Below the pieces are notes generated by a model, which was not told the DNA's origin, searched no databases, and saw only the letters and a program-made list of their open reading frames with translations. A stretch of DNA of 64,000 nucleotides from an uncultured Weeksellaceae bacterium (GTDB lineage Bacteria > Bacteroidota > Bacteroidia > Flavobacteriales > BACL11): contig CAYNGO010000001.1 of assembly GCA_964397025.1 (NCBI GenBank), positions 38,038 to 102,037 of the forward strand, written 5' to 3'. Each line of letters starts with the position of its first letter. The stretch's first letter is position 1. Shown one piece after another: positions 51,184 through 59,675 of this stretch. The translations under genes and the position numbers were made by a program.

Positions 51184-51238
51184 TAGAAGGCTTTAGTAAA
51201 TAATATATTCTATAGTTACTTTATTTTGTTAAACTGCG

Positions 51239-51270
51239 AAAAACGCCCTTGTATAAACAAGGGCGTTTTT
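51239..51270. terminator. Bidirectional rho-independent terminator
   Basis: 12-bp stem AAAAACGCCCTT/AAGGGCGTTTTT with an 8-nt loop. The A-run/T-run arms allow function for both convergent genes. Confidence 0.75.
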
Positions 51271-51271
51271 A

Positions 51272-51529
51272 TTACTTTTTTTTGAAAAGTCTGGTCTTGC
51301 CTTTTCGTTTTTTTGACTTCTTTTTTGATTTGTTTCCTATTCTCTTTCCGTCCTTTAAAACAACTATTTCATACGTGCTATTTTTCTTGTCTTTTGATTT
51401 CTTTTTAGGTTCTTTAAATGTTGTACACTTAAGAGTTTCGGATCCGTTGAATGTTTTTTTAGATCTACATGAACAAAGAACTGAAAAAATAAAAAAATAA
51501 AAAACAAGATGTTTTAATGATATATGCAT
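51272..51529 (-). CDS. Small lysine-rich lipoprotein, unknown function
   Basis: 85 aa. Signal plus lipobox (FFIFSVLCSC). The mature part is dominated by K/R runs. It has its own -7 box and terminator. Confidence 0.55.
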   Translation of the reverse strand: MHISLKHLVFYFFIFSVLCSCRSKKTFNGSETLKCTTFKEPKKKSKDKKNSTYEIVVLKDGKRIGNKSKKKSKKRKGKTRLFKKK

Positions 51530-51536
51530 AATTCAA

Positions 51537-51544
51537 CAAAATTA
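51537..51544 (-). promoter_or_regulatory. -7 box (TAATTTTG on minus strand) for the small lysine-rich lipoprotein
   Basis: The plus strand reads CAAAATTA, 8 nt upstream of ATG 51529. Confidence 0.4.
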
Positions 51545-51569
51545 AAATTATTTTAGCCATAATACCATT

Positions 51570-53690
51570 ATGAACAAAAAAGCTAGAAAAAACACTTCTA
51601 AAAAAAAAGGATTCTCTAAAACCAATCTTAAAAACTCAATACTTTCTAAGCTTAAAGAAACTCCCACAAAAAAATTTAACTACAAGCAGCTTTCTAAAAT
51701 TTTAAAAATAAATAAATTAGGAGAGAAGCTTTTAATTTATGAGGCTCTTACAAGCCTTGTTCAAGATGGTCTTCTAAAAGAACACAAAAGAGGGTCTTTT
51801 GTTTTAGCGCTGTCAGATAAATCAGTAAATGGTATTATTAAAAACACAAGTAAAAGGGGGGTTTATGTTGAATTAGCAAATGAGGAGGAGGTTTTTGTTG
51901 ATAAAAAAGACAGCCTATTCACTTTAAAAGGAGATGAGGTGTCTCTTATTTTATTAAACAAAAAAAAGGGAGCTCTAAATGGGGTTATTCGTAATGTTAT
52001 TAATAGAGGTAAAAATTCTTTTGTTGGGGTAATTCAACAAAACAATTCTTTTAGTTTTTTTATTCCCGATGATTACAGGATTTATTTTGATGTTTTTATT
52101 CCTCCAAAAGAAATGTTAAAGAATATTGAAAACAAAAAAGTTCATGTAACTATTACCAACTGGGATACTGAAAACAAAAACCCTGTGGGTAAAATAACAC
52201 GTATTCTAGGTGATGTTAATGATCATGAAACAGAAATTAATTCTATACTTATTGAAGGAGGGTTTGATTCTTCTTTTAAAGACGTTGTTGAAGAGAAGGC
52301 TAGCTCTATAGATAAGACAATAACTCCAAAAGAGGTTTTTGATAGGCTAGACTTAAGAAAAACTCCAACATTTACTATTGACCCTGAAGATGCTAAAGAT
52401 TTTGATGACGCCATTTCTGTAAAACAGCTTCAAAATAAAAACTGGGAAGTTGGTGTTCATATTGCTGATGTTGGTCACTATATAAAAGTAGGGGACCCTA
52501 TCGATAAGGAAGCTTTAAATAGAGGTACTTCTGTTTATTTAGTTGATAGAGTTGTTCCTATGCTTCCGGAGATACTTAGTAACGACCTTTGTTCTTTAAA
52601 GCCTAATGAGGATAAGCTTTGTTTTTCTGTGATTTTTGAATTTACAAATAGAGCTGAGCTTATTAATTATAAAATTAGTAAAACTATTATTCACTCTGAT
52701 AAAAGATTCACCTACGACCAGGCTCAAAAAAACATAGACTCAAAATCAGGCTTGTTTTATAAAGAGCTTGTACAGATAAAAGATCTTTCTAAAGTATTAA
52801 GACAAAAAAGAAAAGAAAATGGTTCTATAAACTTTGAAAAAACAGAAGTTAAATTTGTTTTAGATAAAGATAAAAACCCTATTGATGTTTCTTTTAAAGA
52901 GAGTCTAGAAACGAATAAACTAATAGAGGAGTATATGCTTTTAGCAAACAAAACAATTGCTAAACACATAAACAATAAAACTAATTTTATATATAGAATA
53001 CATGATGTTCCTGATAAAGACAGGCTTATAGATTTAAAAAATATTGTTAAAAAATTTAACTATTCTATAGAGGTCTCAAACCCTAAAGGCCTCTCAAAAT
53101 CTTTAAATAAATTACTTTCTGAGGTTAAAGGGAAACCAGAGGAGGACCTTATAGCAACCTTAACTATAAGGTCGATGTCTAAAGCAATCTATTCTACTTC
53201 TAATATAGGTCATTATGGGCTTTCTTTTAACTACTATTCTCACTTTACCTCTCCTATTAGGAGATATCCAGATCTTATTATTCATAGATTAATTTCTGAT
53301 TTTATTTTAGGAGAAAATACTTATAAAAAAGAACGATTAGATTTTATTTGCAAACACTGTTCTGAAATGGAAAAAAAGGCATCTACAGCTGAAAGAAATT
53401 CTATAAAGTTTATGCAGGTTAAGTATTTAAAAAACAAAATTGGAGAAAATTTTTCTGGAGTTATAACTGGCGTAACTGATTGGGGCTTGTATGTAGAATT
53501 AGAAAAAAACAAATGTGAGGGTTTGGTAAAAATAAACAGTATTAAAAGCGATTACTTTTCTTTTGATAAAAAAACACATTCTCTTATTGGAAATTCAACA
53601 AATATTAAATATCAGCTAGGACAAAAAGTAAACATTAAAATTATGAAGGCTGATTTAGAAAAAAAACAACTTGACTTTAGTTTAGTTTAA
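51570..53690 (+). CDS. rnr: Ribonuclease R
   Basis: 706 aa. Lys-rich N-terminus, RNB catalytic domain (IDPEDAKDFDDAISV, HYGLSFNYYSHFTSPIRRYPDLIIHR) and C-terminal S1 domain. Confidence 0.9.
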   Translation: MNKKARKNTSKKKGFSKTNLKNSILSKLKETPTKKFNYKQLSKILKINKLGEKLLIYEALTSLVQDGLLKEHKRGSFVLALSDKSVNGIIKNTSKRGVYVELANEEEVFVDKKDSLFTLKGDEVSLILLNKKKGALNGVIRNVINRGKNSFVGVIQQNNSFSFFIPDDYRIYFDVFIPPKEMLKNIENKKVHVTITNWDTENKNPVGKITRILGDVNDHETEINSILIEGGFDSSFKDVVEEKASSIDKTITPKEVFDRLDLRKTPTFTIDPEDAKDFDDAISVKQLQNKNWEVGVHIADVGHYIKVGDPIDKEALNRGTSVYLVDRVVPMLPEILSNDLCSLKPNEDKLCFSVIFEFTNRAELINYKISKTIIHSDKRFTYDQAQKNIDSKSGLFYKELVQIKDLSKVLRQKRKENGSINFEKTEVKFVLDKDKNPIDVSFKESLETNKLIEEYMLLANKTIAKHINNKTNFIYRIHDVPDKDRLIDLKNIVKKFNYSIEVSNPKGLSKSLNKLLSEVKGKPEEDLIATLTIRSMSKAIYSTSNIGHYGLSFNYYSHFTSPIRRYPDLIIHRLISDFILGENTYKKERLDFICKHCSEMEKKASTAERNSIKFMQVKYLKNKIGENFSGVITGVTDWGLYVELEKNKCEGLVKINSIKSDYFSFDKKTHSLIGNSTNIKYQLGQKVNIKIMKADLEKKQLDFSLV

Positions 53691-53694
53691 TTCT

Positions 53695-55710
53695 CTACTC
53701 AACAACAAAATTTCTTGTTTCTACAAAGTCAGGCCCATTAAACTTTATAACATATATTCCTTTTGATAAACTAGAAATATCAATACTGTTTGTTCCGTTA
53801 ACTTTTAAGACTTCTTTCCCTTCAATATTTATAATATTTATAAATTCTATGTTATTAGGAATATTATTAACATATAGATTATTATGTGCTGGATTCGGAT
53901 AAACCATTAACTTATCAGGACCATCTAGATAGATAGTTTCAGTAGAACCTGAACAGTTATTACTATACCCTTCATTTACAGCATCAGCAACAGTAGAGGA
54001 AGAAGCATTATCTGTTTTACCTTGAGCATCAAATAACATTCCAACAATATGTATTTTATTAAGATCCCAACTTGGATCTATATCAAACTCAAAACAAACT
54101 GTTTCGTCATCACCAGGACTATAAGAGTTATTTGAAAGAGCATCTCCTAAAAAAGAAGGACTAATAGCTCTTGCAACGTGCCTATAAACCATTAAATAAT
54201 CAGGAACATTTGAGGGCTTTGCATTCCAATCAGTTCCATCAACATCTACTAATGAACTACCTCCACTATAAGAATTTGCTTGATAGTATTGAGGTCCTGT
54301 TCCTGTTACGCTATCTTCAACTATTGTACATGCCATTCTCCATGTTCCATTTACAGGCAATAAAAAATCAATATCTATAGATACTTTTAATTTTGTTCCA
54401 TCAATAACAGCTCCATTATCTAATCTCGCATGAGGAGGAATTATAATTCTTTGTAAAAAATCATCATTGAAAGCTGAAGGATCAATAACTGAACCTCTAT
54501 CTACAATTCCACTTGGATATCCGCTAATATATCCCGCAATACCATTATCATATGTTGCATCAGTCATTAAATCTCCATTATGTACAGCTATTCCTTGCCA
54601 ATATCCTTCATAATCTTGATCCATAAAATTTAAAGCAACAGCACCTCTAGGACACCATCCACACCAAGTTCCTGTTGCTTCTTCACCAACTACTAATTTT
54701 CCTTGTGCAGGAACAACAATATTAAGATTAAGTACTAGAGTATCATCTGAAGTGCTTTGAGCTTGACCTCCGTTAATATTTGATATATATACTTGTGCAT
54801 TTGTAGTAGATGATAAAGTAATAGAATTATTAAAATCAACTGAATATGTTGCCATAGAAGAAAGTGTTAAACCACTTATATTTTCAGTTATTTGAACACC
54901 ATTATAATCATAAGTAACATCAAAAGAATTAATATCATTAAGACCAAAATTACGAACCTCTACAGAAGGATATCTATCTTGCCCTGCTAAACCACCAAGA
55001 GCAGCTGCAGATAATATTTGACCATTTAAAGGATCTAGCTGTGGGGCTATGTAATCAATACATACATCATCAACAAAAAACTCTTGTCCTGCTGTAGGAT
55101 AGTAATCAACTGAAGCTATTTGATTAACTATAGCAGAAAAAGTTCCTTTGGATACTCCATCATGAAAAACTTCCCATGTATTTGTAGAAAGATCAATTAC
55201 TAATTTATTTTCAAACCATTGATTTAAAGGATATGTAGTCATTAAATATGATTGAGCACTTCCTGAAGAAGCATAATTAACACCACCTAATGGATCAAAT
55301 GTAACATCTAAAGCCCAAGTTACTCCTGGGGTGTTTTCTGCTTGTAAATTATAATAAGCACCAGTTGTTATAAATAAATTATGGGTTAGTGTACAAACTC
55401 CAGCTATATATGGTGTTGGAAAACCTGTATTACTTAAAGATATTACAATATCTTCAGGTCCAGCAGCAGCAGGATTAGCATTAAATCCTAAAGAGAAAGA
55501 ACCACTATTAGAATATAAATCTGTTACAAAAGCTTCGTCTGTAAAAGGAGCTGAAACACCATTCATAAGCTCAGCCCAACTATTCCAATTAGGAGATGTT
55601 TGTGCAATAGGATCTCCAGAAACATAACTTTCAAAATCATCACAAAACTGTTGAGAGGAAAGATTTAAAGATATTAAAATAGATAAAAAAGTAAGTAATA
55701 ATTTATTCAT
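53695..55710 (-). CDS. T9SS type A-sorted secreted protein with an N-terminal beta-sandwich-like module and a thioredoxin-like WCGWCP region (possibly Omp28-related)
   Basis: 671 aa with a signal peptide. EEATGTWCGWCPRGAVAL motif. Canonical T9SS CTD: MVYPNPAHNNLYV...LSKGIYVIKF...NFVVE. Confidence 0.6.
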   Translation of the reverse strand: MNKLLLTFLSILISLNLSSQQFCDDFESYVSGDPIAQTSPNWNSWAELMNGVSAPFTDEAFVTDLYSNSGSFSLGFNANPAAAGPEDIVISLSNTGFPTPYIAGVCTLTHNLFITTGAYYNLQAENTPGVTWALDVTFDPLGGVNYASSGSAQSYLMTTYPLNQWFENKLVIDLSTNTWEVFHDGVSKGTFSAIVNQIASVDYYPTAGQEFFVDDVCIDYIAPQLDPLNGQILSAAALGGLAGQDRYPSVEVRNFGLNDINSFDVTYDYNGVQITENISGLTLSSMATYSVDFNNSITLSSTTNAQVYISNINGGQAQSTSDDTLVLNLNIVVPAQGKLVVGEEATGTWCGWCPRGAVALNFMDQDYEGYWQGIAVHNGDLMTDATYDNGIAGYISGYPSGIVDRGSVIDPSAFNDDFLQRIIIPPHARLDNGAVIDGTKLKVSIDIDFLLPVNGTWRMACTIVEDSVTGTGPQYYQANSYSGGSSLVDVDGTDWNAKPSNVPDYLMVYRHVARAISPSFLGDALSNNSYSPGDDETVCFEFDIDPSWDLNKIHIVGMLFDAQGKTDNASSSTVADAVNEGYSNNCSGSTETIYLDGPDKLMVYPNPAHNNLYVNNIPNNIEFINIINIEGKEVLKVNGTNSIDISSLSKGIYVIKFNGPDFVETRNFVVE

Positions 55711-56042
55711 AGTTATGTTATTTATATTTGAATGTGAAAATACAATTTTTTTTGTTTTAAAAATAAAAGAGTAAAAAAAACTATTGTTAGTTATATATAA
55801 TTATATAAATTTTTTTTTAATTTTAAAAAGAAATTAATAATAATATAATGTAGTGTTAATATGGTTAATAAAAAAAAAAGTAATAATTAGGTTTTAATAT
55901 TTACTATATGTTTTTAATAGTTATTAGTATTTATTTTAATTTAAACAAACTGAAAACTAAGATGTTATGTTTTATATTAACAAAAAATAAATATTGTTAA
56001 TAATAGATTTAACAACTTAATTTTAATAAAAAAATATAAGTT

Positions 56043-56050
56043 TATATTTG
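56043..56050 (+). promoter_or_regulatory. -7 box TATATTTG, 194 nt upstream of rpiB
   Basis: Exact TAnnTTTG. It is part of the 12-nt sequence TTTATATTTGAA that also occurs at 55721-55732. Confidence 0.3.
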
Positions 56051-56100
56051 AAAAAGTTAATAATAATAATGAAAAGTTAAATAATAATAATAATAATAAT
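56050..56100. repeat. Imperfect tandem duplication carrying (AAT)4 and (AAT)7 microsatellites
   Basis: GAAAAAGTT(AAT)4 at 56050-56070 is followed by GAAAAGTTA(AAT)7 at 56071-100. It lies just downstream of a TATATTTG box at 56043-56050. Confidence 0.8.
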
Positions 56101-56243
56101 CATTGACTTTTAATTATAAAGAATGCTTAGTATTTAAATTGATTAAGCAATTTTATTTAACCTTTTATTTTAAAGTATTAACAAACTATTTATCAACATA
56201 ATTTAGTTGATTTTAACAATAACTAATAACTAATAATTAAAAA

Positions 56244-56675
56244 ATGAAAATAGGTTTAGCGTGTGACCATGCTGGTTTTTCTCACAAAGAAGAAACAAAA
56301 AAATATTTAAACAGTAAAAACTATAAAGTTGAAGATTTTGGATGTTTTTCTGAAGAGAGTGTAGATTATCCTGATTTTGCACACAAACTATCATTATCAA
56401 TAATAAATAAAAAAAATGATTTAGGTATTCAATTTTGTGGTACTGGAAATGGTATAAATATGAGTGCTAATAAACATCTTGAAATTAGATCAGCTTTATG
56501 TTGGAAACCTGAAATAGCTGAACAAGCTAAATTACATAATAATGCAAATGTTTTAACTATGCCTGCCCGTCATATTACTTGGCAAGAAACCAAACAAATA
56601 CTTGATGTTTTTTTAGAAACAAATTTTGAAGGTGGTAGACACCAAAGAAGGGTTAATAAAATAAATAAAATATAG
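56244..56675 (+). CDS. rpiB: Ribose-5-phosphate isomerase B
   Basis: 143 aa. MKIGLACDHAGF and CGTGNGINMSANK motifs. Confidence 0.9.
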   Translation: MKIGLACDHAGFSHKEETKKYLNSKNYKVEDFGCFSEESVDYPDFAHKLSLSIINKKNDLGIQFCGTGNGINMSANKHLEIRSALCWKPEIAEQAKLHNNANVLTMPARHITWQETKQILDVFLETNFEGGRHQRRVNKINKI

Positions 56676-57709
56676 TGAAAAAAAATATAATTATAATTTT
56701 AAGTTTTTTTATATATAATATATCTTTCTCTCAAAATAATATAAAATTTTCTAATACTATAAATACTAATGATCTCGAAAAACATCTAAAAATATTAGCT
56801 TCAGATTCTCTAGAAGGTAGAGAAACAGGTAAACCTGGTCAAAAAATGGCTGCTCACTATATTGCTAGTCATTTTAAAAATATAGGCATCAAGCCATATA
56901 AAAAAAATACATACCTTCAAAAATTCAAAGTAAAATCAGAAAGACATTTATGTAAATGTGAAGATTGTGATAGTGATTTTCTAAAAGCATTATTTAAAAG
57001 AAAACAAATAATTAAAGGAGAAAATGTTTTAGGATACATTGAAGGAACAGATTTAAAAGAACAGCTAATAATAATTACTGCTCATTATGATCATTTAGGA
57101 AAACATGATTCTTTAATATATAATGGAGCTGATGATGATGGATCAGGAACAGTAGCAGCTATGGAAATAGCAGAAGCATTCAAAATTGCAAAAAATGAAG
57201 GTTTTGGACCTAGAAGAAGCGTTTTAATTATGGCTGTATCTGGAGAAGAAAAAGGATTATTAGGAAGTAAGTATTATACAGATAATCCTATATATCCTCT
57301 AAAAAATACTGTAGCTAATTTAAATATTGATATGATCGGTAGACTTGATGATTGGCACGATACGGCTAACTATGTTTATCTTATAGGATCTGATAGACTT
57401 AGCACAGATTTACACAATATTAGTGAAGAGGTTAATAAAAAATATATTGGTTTAAATTTAGATTATAGATTTAATGAAGAAGACGAGCCTAATAGATACT
57501 ACTATCGTTCTGATCATTATAATTTTGCCAAAAACAATATTCCTGTCATTTTTTATTTTAATGGCGTACATGAGGACTACCACAAGCCAACAGATACTAT
57601 TGAAAAAATAGATTTTAAAAAAATAGAAAAAATAACTAAACTTATTTTTTTAACAGCATGGGAATTAGCCAATCAGCAGGAAAGAATAAAGCTAAATAAA
57701 AACTTATAA
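56675..57709 (+). CDS. M28-family zinc aminopeptidase, secreted
   Basis: 344 aa with a signal peptide. AHYDHLG, DDDGSGT, GEEKGLLGS and DHYNF motifs. GTG start overlapping the rpiB stop. Confidence 0.8.
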   Translation: MKKNIIIILSFFIYNISFSQNNIKFSNTINTNDLEKHLKILASDSLEGRETGKPGQKMAAHYIASHFKNIGIKPYKKNTYLQKFKVKSERHLCKCEDCDSDFLKALFKRKQIIKGENVLGYIEGTDLKEQLIIITAHYDHLGKHDSLIYNGADDDGSGTVAAMEIAEAFKIAKNEGFGPRRSVLIMAVSGEEKGLLGSKYYTDNPIYPLKNTVANLNIDMIGRLDDWHDTANYVYLIGSDRLSTDLHNISEEVNKKYIGLNLDYRFNEEDEPNRYYYRSDHYNFAKNNIPVIFYFNGVHEDYHKPTDTIEKIDFKKIEKITKLIFLTAWELANQQERIKLNKNL

Positions 57710-58384
57710 TTTATCATAAGTATATAGATAAGCGGGCTTATGAGCCACTCCCTCTTGTTTTTCTTTTGTTTTTTTTATAACATCAATTTTAGAAATATTT
57801 TTTCTAAAATTTCTCTTGTCTAATTTTTCATCTAAAAGAATCTCATAAATATATTGAAGTTGAGAAAGTGTAAATTTAGAAGGCAGTAGGTTAGAAATTA
57901 TTTTATGATCAAGTTGAGTTCTTAAATAGCGTAATCCACTTTTAATTATTTCGTTATGATCAAAAGCTAAATTTTTAGGAACCTTCTTTAAACTAACCCA
58001 CTCAGCATCCATTGCAAATGATGAGGCCTGAGGAATATAATCTTCCATTTTTACAAGAGATAAATACCCTACAGTAACAACTCTTTCATTAGGGTTTTTT
58101 CTATATAATTTTAGCCAGGCCTGATCTTTTTTATCTTTAGTTCTTAGGGGATCCCCAAACACTCGAAACTGTTTTAAAAATAAATTGTTTAAAGAGGTTA
58201 AGTTTTTTAATATTCTTTTTGCCCCACAAAGTAAATCTTCATTTTCTTCTAAAAGATCTCCTGGTATTGCATATTGGAATTCTTTACTTTTCCCTATTGA
58301 TTTTTTAATAAGTAATATTTTAAGTTTTTGATCATCATCAAAGCCAAGAATTACACAATCTACGGATAAGTTTATTAGTGACAT
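57704..58384 (-). CDS. Nudix-fold transcriptional regulator (NrtR/AraR-like) with a degenerate Nudix box
   Basis: 226 aa. The Nudix-box position reads GAKRILKNLTSL and lacks the REUXEE glutamates. The C-terminal winged-helix-like region reads FTLSQLQYIYEILLDEKLDKRNFRKNI. Confidence 0.65.
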   Translation of the reverse strand: MSLINLSVDCVILGFDDDQKLKILLIKKSIGKSKEFQYAIPGDLLEENEDLLCGAKRILKNLTSLNNLFLKQFRVFGDPLRTKDKKDQAWLKLYRKNPNERVVTVGYLSLVKMEDYIPQASSFAMDAEWVSLKKVPKNLAFDHNEIIKSGLRYLRTQLDHKIISNLLPSKFTLSQLQYIYEILLDEKLDKRNFRKNISKIDVIKKTKEKQEGVAHKPAYLYTYDKL

Positions 58385-58399
58385 TTTATTTTTTTTAAT

Positions 58400-59671
58400 T
58401 TATTTAACATAAAAAGGAATATTTGCAGTTGCAACATTGTTATAATTATCAGATACATAAACATAAAACCTATACGGGCCAGACCTGCTAGGAGCTTTAA
58501 TACTAATTAATCCTTTTTCTTGTTTTAGTATCTTGTATTTAAGCCCGTCTAGTTTAACCTCAAAATCTCCCCCTGCTTTTTTATCAGTGCTTTCTACCAT
58601 TAATTCATAAGTATATGTTAAAGAGTCTTTTTCAAAATCTATAGCATCAATTAAAAACACACATTCTTTTCTTTTCTTAACTTTTATATTTTCTTTATTA
58701 TTTTTATTATTTAACAAAAATGAATTTAAAATTGGAGCTTTGTTTTTGCTTTTGTTTTTTGCCCAATAAGAATTTAATACATCAACGCTTTCAGTACTTC
58801 TCCCGTCTTCAGTAAAAATACCATACCAGGTTGGAGTTTGTTCTTGCTTGTGACCCCAAAGGAAGGCGTAACTACCAATGCACATTTCTTTATCTTTTTC
58901 TATATGCTTATAACCCTTTAAACGCATTTGTGCTTTCTGAGAACTATTTGACTCAATTGATACGCCCCATGATGTTGTTGGAGATTCCCAGTGGCCATAC
59001 GGCCCCCACTCAGTTACCATATAAGGTTTGTCCCATCCATATTTTCTGATCTGATCAGCCAAAGGACCTATCCCTCCATAAGTGTTTACACCAAGGATAT
59101 CAATACTTGGACAAAACCTTTTTATCATTGAAACCTCAGCCATGTCTATTCCTGCTGTAACAGTCATTGTAGGGTGGTTTGGGTCTAGTTGCTTTATCAG
59201 GGCAGCTATTTCCTCAACAGCATTCCACACTCTAAAATTTGAATAAAATAAATCAACTTCATTTCCAACCGCCCACATTAAAAGAGCTGGGTGGTTTTTA
59301 TATTTTAATATGGCATCTTCAAATCCTTTCAACTGAGCTTTTACAGAGTACTCGTCATTATAATCAAAACCATGTCTTTCATGATTAACCCATAAACCCA
59401 TACATACAGTCAGCCCATGTTTGTGAGCGCTATCTAAAATAGCTTGACCATTTTCTATTCCCCAAGTTCTTATAGAATTACCCCCAACATCAGAGAGCTC
59501 TTTTAAATGTTTGGTTCCTCCAGCACCCTTTACATAGTAAGGATCCCCGTTTCTTAAAAGTTGAAAGCCATTTTCGCTTTTAATTATTTGGGTTGTTTCA
59601 TATTTAGATTGAGAAAAAGAGCTTAATCCAAATAAAAAACAAAAAAACAATATTGTAAATAGAGGTCTCAT
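58400..59671 (-). CDS. Secreted clan GH-A-like (TIM-barrel) glycoside hydrolase with a C-terminal beta-sandwich; family unassigned
   Basis: 423 aa with a signal peptide. Acid/base-type motif LMWAVGNEVD and nucleophile-type motif YMVTEWGPYG about 70 aa later. The last ~100 aa are beta-rich (YRFYVYVSDNYNNVATANIPFYV). Confidence 0.65.
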   Translation of the reverse strand: MRPLFTILFFCFLFGLSSFSQSKYETTQIIKSENGFQLLRNGDPYYVKGAGGTKHLKELSDVGGNSIRTWGIENGQAILDSAHKHGLTVCMGLWVNHERHGFDYNDEYSVKAQLKGFEDAILKYKNHPALLMWAVGNEVDLFYSNFRVWNAVEEIAALIKQLDPNHPTMTVTAGIDMAEVSMIKRFCPSIDILGVNTYGGIGPLADQIRKYGWDKPYMVTEWGPYGHWESPTTSWGVSIESNSSQKAQMRLKGYKHIEKDKEMCIGSYAFLWGHKQEQTPTWYGIFTEDGRSTESVDVLNSYWAKNKSKNKAPILNSFLLNNKNNKENIKVKKRKECVFLIDAIDFEKDSLTYTYELMVESTDKKAGGDFEVKLDGLKYKILKQEKGLISIKAPSRSGPYRFYVYVSDNYNNVATANIPFYVK

Positions 59672-59675
59672 TTTG

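Noticed and set aside
51249-51500. 83-aa plus-strand ORF overlapping the Lys-rich lipoprotein gene
   Set aside because: It starts inside the terminator hairpin and is a poly-Phe/Leu translation of the complement of the Lys codons. The minus-strand ORF has the promoter, signal peptide and terminator.
46063-51570. tRNA-Asn as the attachment site of a genomic island covering the following accessory genes
   Set aside because: I saw no integrase, no direct repeat of the tRNA 3' end downstream and no mobility genes. The genes have the same compact style and promoter type as the rest of the window.
55711-56243. AT-rich gap as a replication origin
   Set aside because: I found no DnaA-box-like TTATCCACA/TGTGGATAA sequences in it, and no dnaA, dnaN or other origin-linked genes nearby. 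AT-richness alone is insufficient.
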